Part shown: piece after piece, positions 39,429 through 47,778 of the stretch
Layout: every line of letters begins with the position of its first letter
Position numbering within the stretch: the first letter of the stretch is position 1
Assembly: GCA_035506575.1 (NCBI GenBank)
Contig: DATJPD010000114.1
Location: 734 to 64,733, forward strand
Source of the DNA: Alphaproteobacteria bacterium
GTDB lineage: Bacteria; Pseudomonadota; Alphaproteobacteria; CACIAM-22H2
Reading direction: 5' to 3'
Length of the DNA stretch: 64,000 bases
Position numbers and translations under genes: made by a program
The notes under the pieces: generated by a model
The model's database searches: none
The model's input: the letters and a program-made list of their open reading frames with translations, nothing else
Told to the model about the DNA's origin: nothing

Positions 39429-39522
39429 GGCCAAGAAAAATTAAAGAGTACCTTTAGAAAACATGCCGTGCGTCTGGACGCGCGGAGATTAAGTTTGCAG
39501 CACCGAATGTGGGGTTTTCGCG

Positions 39523-40275
39523 GTGCCGCTTACGCCTGACGTCCTGTCCGCCTTTCACGACCGGGGCTTCCTGGTCCAGCCCCAGGTCTTCGTCTTCGAC
39601 GAGATCGCCTGGGTGCGCGACGAGGCGCGCGTGGTGGCGCTGCGGCGCGCTCAGGCGGGCCACGCCCGCGGCAGCGATGCCTTTGCCGCCGAAGCCCCCG
39701 AGGGCACGGTCTACGGCGCTCATGTGAGCGAGCCGGCGTTCCGTAAGCTCGCGGCTCACCCACGCATCGCGAGCGTCGCGCGCGAGCTCCTGGGCGAGGA
39801 CGTGTACGTGCACCAGTCGCGGCTGATCTCGCGCTTCGCCGAGGTGCGGAGCGACGTGACCTGGCGGCGCGATTTTGCCTCGTGGTCCACGGTGGACGGC
39901 TTGGCGGCGCCGCGCGCCGTGACCGCGGCGATCGTGCTCGGCGATACCGATCCGTCGGAGCCGGTCCTCCAGGTCGCAGCCGGTTCGCAGCGCTTTGGCT
40001 TCAACGATCTGGGCGCTCCCGATGACGGCGGCGGCTCGCTCGGGGTGTGGGCGCCGGTCGGCAGCGTCGTCTTCTATCACGGCAATCTCGCCTATGCGCT
40101 GAACCGCCGCAGCGACCGCCGCTCGCCGCCGCTGTTCCTGGTGTCCTACAACGCGGTCAGCAACTCGCCGGCCCGTGCGCGGCGGGATGAGCTGTTCGCC
40201 ACCCGTCACGCGGCCTCCATGGTCGTCGAGGCCGATGACTGCATGTGGCCGACCGCCTGGTGCGCCGCCGGCTGA
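39523..40275 (+). CDS. phytanoyl-CoA dioxygenase (PhyH)-like family protein
   Basis: N-terminal LTPDVLSAFHDRGFLV pattern and a distal His (YHGNLAYAL). GTG start. Assignment is from memory of family patterns. Confidence 0.45.
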   Translation: MPLTPDVLSAFHDRGFLVQPQVFVFDEIAWVRDEARVVALRRAQAGHARGSDAFAAEAPEGTVYGAHVSEPAFRKLAAHPRIASVARELLGEDVYVHQSRLISRFAEVRSDVTWRRDFASWSTVDGLAAPRAVTAAIVLGDTDPSEPVLQVAAGSQRFGFNDLGAPDDGGGSLGVWAPVGSVVFYHGNLAYALNRRSDRRSPPLFLVSYNAVSNSPARARRDELFATRHAASMVVEADDCMWPTAWCAAG

Positions 40276-40351
40276 CGGCTCCGTCTCTTCCACGTCCAGA
40301 ACTCCCAGGAAACGGCGCCGGCGACTGTCGGAGCACTTGAACAGCTGAGCC

Positions 40352-41749
40352 ATGGAATACCTGCCGCTCTTCTTCGACCTGCGGGGCCGCCCCATTCTGG
40401 TGGTGGGTGGAGATGCCGTTGCGGCTCGGCGCATCGACTTGCTTCTGCGCGCGGGTGCGGCGGTGCGTGTCGTGGCCGAGGCGGTCACACCCGAAATCGA
40501 GGCTCTCGCGAGCGCCGGCCGAATCCAGCTCGAATTGCGATCGTTCGCGACGTCGGATGTGGCGGGCTGCGTCGCTGTATTCGGGGCGGGTGCGGAAACC
40601 AGGGCTGCGGAGGTGGCGGCGGCCGGCCGCGCCGCCAACGTGCCGGTCAACATCGTCGACCGGCCAGATCTCTCGACCTTCATCATGCCGGCGATCGTCG
40701 ACCGTGACCCGGTGATCGTCGCCGTCTCCTCGGGTGGCGCTGCGCCGGTGCTGGCCCGACGGGTGCGCGCCCGGATCGAGGCCCTGCTGCCCGCGCGGCT
40801 GGGAGCGCTCGCGCGCTTTGCGCGACGCTTCCGTGCTGCGGCGCGCGATGTGTTGGCGAGCACCGCGCAGCGCCGCCGGTTCTGGGAGCGCGTGTTCGAA
40901 AGCCCGGTGGCCGATGCGGTGCTGGCGGGCAACGAGGCCGCTGCGCAAGCGCAGATGGTGCGCCTCTTGAACCACACCGCGCGGCCGGAGGCCGGGGTGG
41001 TCTATCTCGTGGGCGCCGGGCCGGGTGATCCCGACCTGTTGACCGTCCGGGCCGTGCAGCTGATGCAGCAGGCGGACGTGGTGCTCTACGACGAGCTGAT
41101 CGGGCCCGAGATCCTCGACCGTGTCCGCCGCGACGCCGACCGCTTCTATGTCGGCAAGTCGAAGGGCCGGCACAGCCTGTCGCAGGACGAGCTCAACGCG
41201 CTCATGCTGCGTGAGGCACGCGCCGGGCGGCGTGTCTTGCGCCTCAAAGGCGGCGACCCGTTCGTCTTCGGTCGCGGCGGCGAAGAGGCGGATTTCCTGC
41301 GCGGCCACGGTATCGAGGTGGTCGCGGTTCCGGGCATCACCGCCGCGGTTGGAGCGCTGGCTGCCGCTGGCATTCCGCTGACCCATCGCGACCACGCCTC
41401 CGCCGTGACCTTCCTCACCGGGCACACGCGGCCCGGCGATCTGGAGATCGATTGGGCCTCGCTTGCACGCGGCGATCGCACCCTCGTCGTCTACATGGGG
41501 CTATCGAACGCCGGTGACATCGCCGGTCGCCTGCGCGCCGCCGGCCTTGCTGCGCACACGCCGGTCGCGGTCGTGCAGAACGGCACGCGCCCCGATCAGC
41601 GGGTCAGCACGGGCACGCTTGACGAGCTCGGAACACTGGCCGCCGCGCATGCCGGGCTGGGACCGGCGCTGCTGGTCATCGGCGATGTCGCCGCATATGC
41701 GGTCCCGGAACACTCGGAAAACGGGCGGGCTGTCTCATGGCAAAAGTAG
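40352..41749 (+). CDS. cysG: siroheme synthase (precorrin-2 dehydrogenase/sirohydrochlorin ferrochelatase + uroporphyrinogen-III C-methyltransferase)
   Basis: N-terminal NAD-binding LVVGGDAVAARR. C-terminal methyltransferase VYLVGAGPGDPDLLT, VLRLKGGDPFVFGRGGEE. Confidence 0.9.
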   Translation: MEYLPLFFDLRGRPILVVGGDAVAARRIDLLLRAGAAVRVVAEAVTPEIEALASAGRIQLELRSFATSDVAGCVAVFGAGAETRAAEVAAAGRAANVPVNIVDRPDLSTFIMPAIVDRDPVIVAVSSGGAAPVLARRVRARIEALLPARLGALARFARRFRAAARDVLASTAQRRRFWERVFESPVADAVLAGNEAAAQAQMVRLLNHTARPEAGVVYLVGAGPGDPDLLTVRAVQLMQQADVVLYDELIGPEILDRVRRDADRFYVGKSKGRHSLSQDELNALMLREARAGRRVLRLKGGDPFVFGRGGEEADFLRGHGIEVVAVPGITAAVGALAAAGIPLTHRDHASAVTFLTGHTRPGDLEIDWASLARGDRTLVVYMGLSNAGDIAGRLRAAGLAAHTPVAVVQNGTRPDQRVSTGTLDELGTLAAAHAGLGPALLVIGDVAAYAVPEHSENGRAVSWQK

Positions 41750-42042
41750 TCAAGAATCCCGCGGCCCAGGTCGTGACCGCCAACCGGCTGCGCGATGGGG
41801 CCGTGGTTTACCTGGTGGCGGACGGAAGCTGGTCGACGAACGTTTCCGAAGGGGCCGTCGCCCGCGACACCGTCACGGCCGAGCGCCTGATGGCGGCCGG
41901 CAACCAGGCCGCGGCCGACCAGGTGGTGGTCGGCCCTTATCTGATCGCTGTTGCCGTCAAAGATGATCGCGTCGAGCCGCTGGGTACTCGCGAGCGGATC
42001 CGAGCGCTCGGTCCCAGCGTGTCCGAACGCCCTGCTGCGTGA
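41737..42042 (+). CDS. DUF2849 domain protein (conserved cysG-cysI linker gene of alphaproteobacteria)
   Basis: 101 aa. Position between cysG and cysI and family-typical length. Confidence 0.6.
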   Translation: MAKVVKNPAAQVVTANRLRDGAVVYLVADGSWSTNVSEGAVARDTVTAERLMAAGNQAAADQVVVGPYLIAVAVKDDRVEPLGTRERIRALGPSVSERPAA

Positions 42043-43706
42043 GAGTGGCCATGTACAGTTACGACGAATACGACCAGAAGCTCCTCGACCAGCGCGTGGC
42101 CCAGTTTCGCGACCAGGTGCGCCGGCGCATCGCGGGTGAGCTGACCGAAGAGCAGTTCCGCCCGCTGCGCCTGCGCAACGGGCTCTATCTCCAGCTGCAT
42201 GCCTACATGCTGCGCGTCTCCGTGCCGTACGGGACCTTGTCCTCGCGCCAGCTGCGGGGGCTCGGGCACGTGGCGCGGCACTACGACCGGGGATTTGGGC
42301 ATTTCACCACGCGGACGAACATGCAGTTCCACTGGATGAAGCTCGAGCATGTGCCCGACGCCCTGGCCGACCTCGCCAAGGTGCAGCTGCACGGCATCCA
42401 GACCAGCGGGAACTCGCTGCGCAACGTGACCGCCGACCACCTGGCCGGCGTGGCGCCCGACGAGATCGAAGACCCGCGAATCTGGTGCGAGATCATCCGG
42501 CAGTGGGGAGCTCTGCACCCCGAGTTCTCCTACCTGCCGCGCAAGTTCAAGATCTGCATCATCGCCGCCCCGCACGACCGTGCGGCGCTGCGCATCCATG
42601 ACCTGGCGTTGCGCCTGCACCGCAACGAGGCTGGCGAAACGGGATTCGAGGTGATGGTCGGCGGCGGCCTCGGCCGCACGCCGTTCCTGGCCAAGACGAT
42701 CCGCGAGTTCCTGCCCAAGCGGCATCTGCTGTCGTACCTCGAGGCCGTGCTGCGCGTGTACAACCAGCTCGGCCGCCGCGACAATCTGTGGAAGGCGCGC
42801 ATCAAGATCCTGGTGCACGAGCTCGGCGTCCAGAAGTTCACGGAGCTGGTCGAGGCAGAGTGGCAGGACGTCAAGGACGGCCCGGTCGAGGTTTCCGAGG
42901 CCGAGGTGGCGCGCATCGCCGCGCAGTTTTCGCCTCCGAACTACGAAGACGCGCCGACATTCACGCGCGAGTTCGACGAGCTGCGCCTGAACGATCTCGG
43001 CTTCGCACGATGGCTGCGCACGAACGTGGGCGGCCACAAGCAGCCGGGCTATGCGATCGTGACGGTGTCGTTGAAGCCTCCGGGCGGTACGCCGGGGGAT
43101 ATCACCGCCGAGCAGATGGACGCGGTGGCCGACCTCGCCGACCGTTACAGCTTCAGCGAGATCCGGGTCACGCATGCGCAGAACCTCGTGCTGCCGCATG
43201 TGCGGCGCGCCGATCTGCCGGTGGTGTGGCGGGCGCTCGCAGCGCTCGGGCTCGCCACCCCGAACATCGGTCTCGCAAGCGACATCATCTGCTGCCCCGG
43301 CCTCGACTACTGCAGCCTCGCCAACGCACGCTCGATCCCGATCGCGCGGCGCCTGACCGAGCGGTTCGACGACCTGTCACGGCTGCACGACCTCGGCGAG
43401 CTCAAGATCAAGATCTCGGGCTGCATCAACGCCTGCGGCCATCACCACGTGGGTCATATCGGCATCCTCGGCGTCGATAAGAACGGCGAGGAGTACTATC
43501 AGGTGACCTTGGGCGGCAGCGAGGATCTCAACGGCGCCCTCGGCACGATCCTGGGGCCGGCGATCCACGCCGACCGCATCGTCGAGGCGGTCGAGACCCT
43601 GATCGAAATCTATGTGGCGCTGCGCCGCGACGGCGAGCGGTTCCTCGACACCTATCGCCGCGTCGGCCTCGCCCCGTTCAAGGAGCGCATCTATGCCCCT
43701 GCTTAA
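42039..43706 (+). CDS. cysI: assimilatory sulfite reductase hemoprotein (nitrite/sulfite reductase 4Fe-4S-siroheme family)
   Basis: C-x5-C...C-x3-C cluster/siroheme motifs (CPGLDYCSLA, SGCINACGHH). 555 aa. Confidence 0.9.
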   Translation: MRVAMYSYDEYDQKLLDQRVAQFRDQVRRRIAGELTEEQFRPLRLRNGLYLQLHAYMLRVSVPYGTLSSRQLRGLGHVARHYDRGFGHFTTRTNMQFHWMKLEHVPDALADLAKVQLHGIQTSGNSLRNVTADHLAGVAPDEIEDPRIWCEIIRQWGALHPEFSYLPRKFKICIIAAPHDRAALRIHDLALRLHRNEAGETGFEVMVGGGLGRTPFLAKTIREFLPKRHLLSYLEAVLRVYNQLGRRDNLWKARIKILVHELGVQKFTELVEAEWQDVKDGPVEVSEAEVARIAAQFSPPNYEDAPTFTREFDELRLNDLGFARWLRTNVGGHKQPGYAIVTVSLKPPGGTPGDITAEQMDAVADLADRYSFSEIRVTHAQNLVLPHVRRADLPVVWRALAALGLATPNIGLASDIICCPGLDYCSLANARSIPIARRLTERFDDLSRLHDLGELKIKISGCINACGHHHVGHIGILGVDKNGEEYYQVTLGGSEDLNGALGTILGPAIHADRIVEAVETLIEIYVALRRDGERFLDTYRRVGLAPFKERIYAPA

Positions 43707-44184
43707 GAATGGCGAGGCGATCGCCGACACATGGCAGCACGTCGCGGCAGGCGAGGCGGTGCCCCCCGCCGGCCCCGTGGTCGTGCCGTTCGAGCGCTGG
43801 AAGGCCGAGCGCGAGGCGCTGCTCGCCCGCAACACGCCGCTCGGTGTCCGGCTGCCAAATGCCCAGAACGTCGGCGAGCTCGCGGCCGATCTCGGCCGCC
43901 TCGAGCTGATCGTGCTCGAGTTCCCGAAGTTCGTCGACGGCCGTGCGTTCAGCCAGGCGCGGGTGTTGCGCGAGCGCTATCGCTACAGAGGCGAATTGCG
44001 GGCTACGGGCGACGTGCTGCGCGACCAGCTCCAGTTCATGCAGCGATGCGGCTTCGATGCCTTTGAGATCGCGGCACCCAATGCCGCGGAGATCTGGCGC
44101 GCGGCCGTCAACGAGATCGACGTGTTCTACCAGCCGGCGGCCGATGACCGCGTGCCCGCGCCGCGGCTGCGCCGCTCGGCTTGA
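43693..44184 (+). CDS. DUF934 domain protein (conserved sulfite-reductase-associated gene)
   Basis: 163 aa, 14-nt overlap with cysI. Position between cysI and cysH. Confidence 0.55.
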   Translation: MPLLKNGEAIADTWQHVAAGEAVPPAGPVVVPFERWKAEREALLARNTPLGVRLPNAQNVGELAADLGRLELIVLEFPKFVDGRAFSQARVLRERYRYRGELRATGDVLRDQLQFMQRCGFDAFEIAAPNAAEIWRAAVNEIDVFYQPAADDRVPAPRLRRSA

Positions 44185-44194
44185 GCAACGGCGT

Positions 44195-44920
44195 ATGAGC
44201 GTCATCGCCGATATCGACCGCACTCGCGCGGTGGCATTGGCCGCGCGCGCCGAGGCGATCATGGCGCGGGAGCTCCTGGCGGAGATGATCCGGCGCGAGT
44301 TCCCCGGGCGGATCGCGCTCGTCTCCTCGTTCGGTATCGAGGCAGCCGTGCTGCTGCACATGATCTCGACGATCGACCCCGGCACGCCCGTCGTCTTTCT
44401 CGATACCGGCAAGCTGTTCGGCGAGACGCTGCGTTACCGCGATGAGCTGGTCCGTCGGCTTTGTCTGGGCGACGTACGCAGCGTGCGCCCGGACACGGAC
44501 CGGCTCGTTGTCGAAGACCCGGAGGGGACGCTGTGGCGCTCCGATCCCGACAAGTGCTGCGCTCTACGGAAGGTCGAACCGCTCGAACGCGCACTCGCCG
44601 GCTTCGACGCCTGGATCAACGGCCGTAAGCGGCACCATGGGGGCGCCCGCGCGGCACTGCCCGTGATCGAAACGGCCGGCGGCCGCATCAAGGTCAACCC
44701 GCTCGCATCGTGGGGACCAGGTGAGATCGAGGCTTATTTCGCCGCGAACGATCTGCCCCGCCATCCGCTCGAAGCGGATGGATACCGTTCGGTCGGATGC
44801 GTCCCATGCTCAGACCGCGCCAAGGCCGGCGAGGGCGCCAGGGACGGGCGTTGGCGCGGGCGAGACAAGACGGAGTGCGGCATTCACGTTTCCGTCGCCA
44901 GCACCCCGCGCGACGAATAG
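44195..44920 (+). CDS. cysH: phosphoadenosine phosphosulfate/adenylyl-sulfate reductase (thioredoxin-dependent, Fe-S-type CC...CxxC)
   Basis: PP-loop LVSSFGIEAAVLL. Cys pair KCCALRKVEP plus GCVPCS indicate an APS-reductase-type cluster. Confidence 0.9.
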   Translation: MSVIADIDRTRAVALAARAEAIMARELLAEMIRREFPGRIALVSSFGIEAAVLLHMISTIDPGTPVVFLDTGKLFGETLRYRDELVRRLCLGDVRSVRPDTDRLVVEDPEGTLWRSDPDKCCALRKVEPLERALAGFDAWINGRKRHHGGARAALPVIETAGGRIKVNPLASWGPGEIEAYFAANDLPRHPLEADGYRSVGCVPCSDRAKAGEGARDGRWRGRDKTECGIHVSVASTPRDE

Positions 44921-45014
44921 GCAGACGGGCCCCCGTTGCGGCTGTCTTTTGACACGTTGTTTGCCCGGGCAGTGAAGATAAGGTCATCGCCTTCGCGGCC
45001 ATAGGATCGGCACC

Positions 45015-45803
45015 ATGGATGTCCTCCATTCGATCGACTGGCTGTATTCGGTCTTGGGCTTTGGCGTCGGCTTGCTCGTCGGCATGACGGGGGTCGGTGG
45101 CGGCTCGCTGATGACGCCGCTGCTGATTCTGTTGTTCGGCATCCATCCGGCGACCGCGGTCGGCACGGACCTGCTCTATGCCTCCGCGACGAAAACCGCC
45201 GGCACGCTGATCCACGGTCTTCATCAGACGATCGAGTGGCGCGTGGTCGGGTTGCTTGCCCTTGGCAGCCTGCCGATGACGGCCCTCACTCTATTTGTGC
45301 TGTCGAAGCTCGATCTGCATGGGGCATCGGCCGGCGACTTCATCACGTTCGTGCTCGGGATCGCATTGCTGCTGACCGCTGTGGCGCTGATCTTCCGTGC
45401 CCAGATCGTGACGCTATACGCCAGACATATCGGCGATCTGGCGCCCCGCCAGACGGCCTATCTGACCGCGGCGGTCGGTGCGGGGCTTGGGGTCCTCGTC
45501 TCCTTGTCGTCGGTGGGCGCCGGAGCGATCGGCGTGACGGCGCTCATCCTCCTCTATCCGCGGTTGCCAACCGTGCGTATCGTCGGCTCCGATATCGCGC
45601 ATGCTGTTCCGTTGACGCTCGTCGCCGGGATCGGTCATTGGATGATCGGCTCGATCGATGCGCATCTGCTCGGCTCGCTGCTGGTGGGATCCTTGCCGGG
45701 GATCGTTTTGGGCAGCACGCTGTCGGCGCGCGTCCCCGATGTGGTGCTGCGGCTCAGTTTGGCCGCCACCCTGCTGCTCGTGGGTGGTCGGCTCGTGTTC
45801 TGA
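45015..45803 (+). CDS. TauE/SafE family sulfite exporter (DUF81) membrane protein
   Basis: GVGGGSLMTPLLILLFG and the internal repeat GVGAGAIGVTALILLY are typical TauE/SafE. 262 aa. Confidence 0.8.
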   Translation: MDVLHSIDWLYSVLGFGVGLLVGMTGVGGGSLMTPLLILLFGIHPATAVGTDLLYASATKTAGTLIHGLHQTIEWRVVGLLALGSLPMTALTLFVLSKLDLHGASAGDFITFVLGIALLLTAVALIFRAQIVTLYARHIGDLAPRQTAYLTAAVGAGLGVLVSLSSVGAGAIGVTALILLYPRLPTVRIVGSDIAHAVPLTLVAGIGHWMIGSIDAHLLGSLLVGSLPGIVLGSTLSARVPDVVLRLSLAATLLLVGGRLVF

Positions 45804-45903
45804 TGCTGCAGCGCGCATGCTGCGCTGCCACAAGAGTTTTTCTCGTGTGACCGCGAAGAATCTCTCAGTTGCGACTGGGCAGCGCTGGCGCGACCATGCA
45901 CGC

Positions 45904-46107
45904 ATGACAAACCTATCGAAACGAGTCCCTGATCCGTCCCGTGATGCGGAGCCGCCGCTGGCCGAACTACTCGACGATTCGGTGCTGCAGTGGCTCCTGG
46001 TTGGCGACCGCATCGAGCGCTCGGAGCTCGAAGCCGTCATTCGGCGCGCCCAGCGGCGCTTGGGGCCGCGGCGCACCGATCCGGCGATCGGCGAGTGCTG
46101 CGCATAA
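45904..46107 (+). CDS. hypothetical small protein (67 aa)
   Basis: ORF in an otherwise non-coding ~740-bp interval. No recognisable domain. Weak call. Confidence 0.2.
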   Translation: MTNLSKRVPDPSRDAEPPLAELLDDSVLQWLLVGDRIERSELEAVIRRAQRRLGPRRTDPAIGECCA

Positions 46108-46541
46108 GCGGAGCGAACCCGGCGCTGAGGCGGGGGCGCGGGCGCCGGGGTGCCCGACGGCATTGACCGCGCGGTCAGTTGCGAACGGCGAAATTTTCGT
46201 GACGCCGATCGTCCGTTCTTGTCACTTCGTGCGGCAAGGCTCACCGGCTTAGCTGGTGGCGCGCCAGTCCCGCCGAATTGTTCGGCAGAAAGTCGTGCAA
46301 CTGCCGCATGGGATGGCGGCTGTGTGAACTTTGTCCTAAATCCGAAGCGACGGCCCTTTTAAGGACTCTTAAGCTCTGCGCTTCATGCTGGCGGTGGCCT
46401 TTACGCGATTGAGAAGGCTACGCACGTACGCGATCTGTTATTATACTGAAGTTGTAGTTCCGGCGCGGGGTTTGACCTCCTACGCCGTGTAACACCAACA
46501 ACCAAGCGCTCGGACAGGTCGGGCCGGCTGGGGAAGAGAAC

Positions 46542-47714
46542 GTGGTTAAGAGCGACAGCGCGGCCGTCCGTCGCCGCAAAGGTATTGTCATTGCCCTCGG
46601 CCTGGTGGTCTTGATCCTGGTCGGCGGCTTCTATTGGCTTCGGCAGGGATCGGAGCGCGCGCAGGCTCAGCGGGCGCCGAACCGCGCTGTGCCGGTCACG
46701 GTCGTGTCGGCCGCGCGCCAGGACGTGCCGATCTATCTCACCGGGCTCGGTTCGGTGCAGGCGACCTTCACCGTCGGCATCCACTCGCAGGTGGATGGCA
46801 AGCTCGATCAGGTGCTGTTCACCGAAGGACAGCACGTGAAGAAGGGCGATCTGCTGGCGAAGATCGATCCGCGATTTTTCGAGGCGGCGCTCAGTTCGGC
46901 CAAAGCCAAGCAGGCGCAGGATGCCGCCAATCTGGTGTCCTACGAAAAGGACATGGTCCGCCTCAAAGAGCTGATGGCCAAAAACTACTCCACGCAGCAG
47001 GCCATCGATCAGCAGCAGGCCAAGGTCGATTCGACCAAGGCCGCGATCCAAGCCGACAAGGCCGCGATCGATTCCGCGCAGACCCAACTCGACTATGCGA
47101 GCATCACGGCCCCGAGCGATGGCCGCATGGGCATGCGGCTGATCGATCCGGGCAACGTCGTGCATGCCGGCGATCAGGCCAACATCGCGGTGCTGACCCT
47201 GACCCAGCCGATCGCGGTCGTGTTCACCTTGCCCGAGCGTACCCTCGACGATGTGCGCGAGGCGATGGCGCGCGGCGCGGTCCAGGTGATCGCCTACGAC
47301 CGCGACAACAAGAAGGCCCTCGGCACGGGCACCTTGCAGACGATCGACAATATGATCGACCAGGCAACGGGCACCTACCGCCTCAAGGCCTCTTTCCCCA
47401 ACGAAGATGAGCGGCTATGGCCCGGCGAGTTCGTCAATGCGCGCCTCCAGGTCAGCACCGCGACGAACGCGATCGTCATTCCGAACGCCGCCGTGCAGCG
47501 CGGACCCGACGGCCTGTTCACCTGGGTCATTACGCCCAAGAATATCGCCGAGCCGCATCCGATCGAGACTGGCCCGGCGGCCGGCGCGATCACGATTGTC
47601 ACCTCGGGCCTCAACGAGGGCGACAAGGTGGTGACCGACGGCCAATACAAGCTTCAGACGGGCGCCGTGGTGACGATCACGACGACGGCACCGGGTCCCG
47701 CCGGCTCCTCATGA
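46542..47714 (+). CDS. RND efflux periplasmic adaptor (membrane fusion protein, MdtA/AcrA family)
   Basis: N-terminal TM anchor, coiled-coil hairpin, biotinyl/lipoyl-like and beta-barrel domains. Precedes the RND permease. Confidence 0.85.
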   Translation: MVKSDSAAVRRRKGIVIALGLVVLILVGGFYWLRQGSERAQAQRAPNRAVPVTVVSAARQDVPIYLTGLGSVQATFTVGIHSQVDGKLDQVLFTEGQHVKKGDLLAKIDPRFFEAALSSAKAKQAQDAANLVSYEKDMVRLKELMAKNYSTQQAIDQQQAKVDSTKAAIQADKAAIDSAQTQLDYASITAPSDGRMGMRLIDPGNVVHAGDQANIAVLTLTQPIAVVFTLPERTLDDVREAMARGAVQVIAYDRDNKKALGTGTLQTIDNMIDQATGTYRLKASFPNEDERLWPGEFVNARLQVSTATNAIVIPNAAVQRGPDGLFTWVITPKNIAEPHPIETGPAAGAITIVTSGLNEGDKVVTDGQYKLQTGAVVTITTTAPGPAGSS

Positions 47715-47778
47715 TGCGTTCACTAAAGCTTCGGAGGGTGAGCCCGGTGCGCCGTAGTTCCACCAGGAGCGTCGGCGC

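Noticed and set aside
44921-45014. Possible terminator after cysH
   Set aside because: Only imperfect, short complementary segments. Not convincing enough to call.
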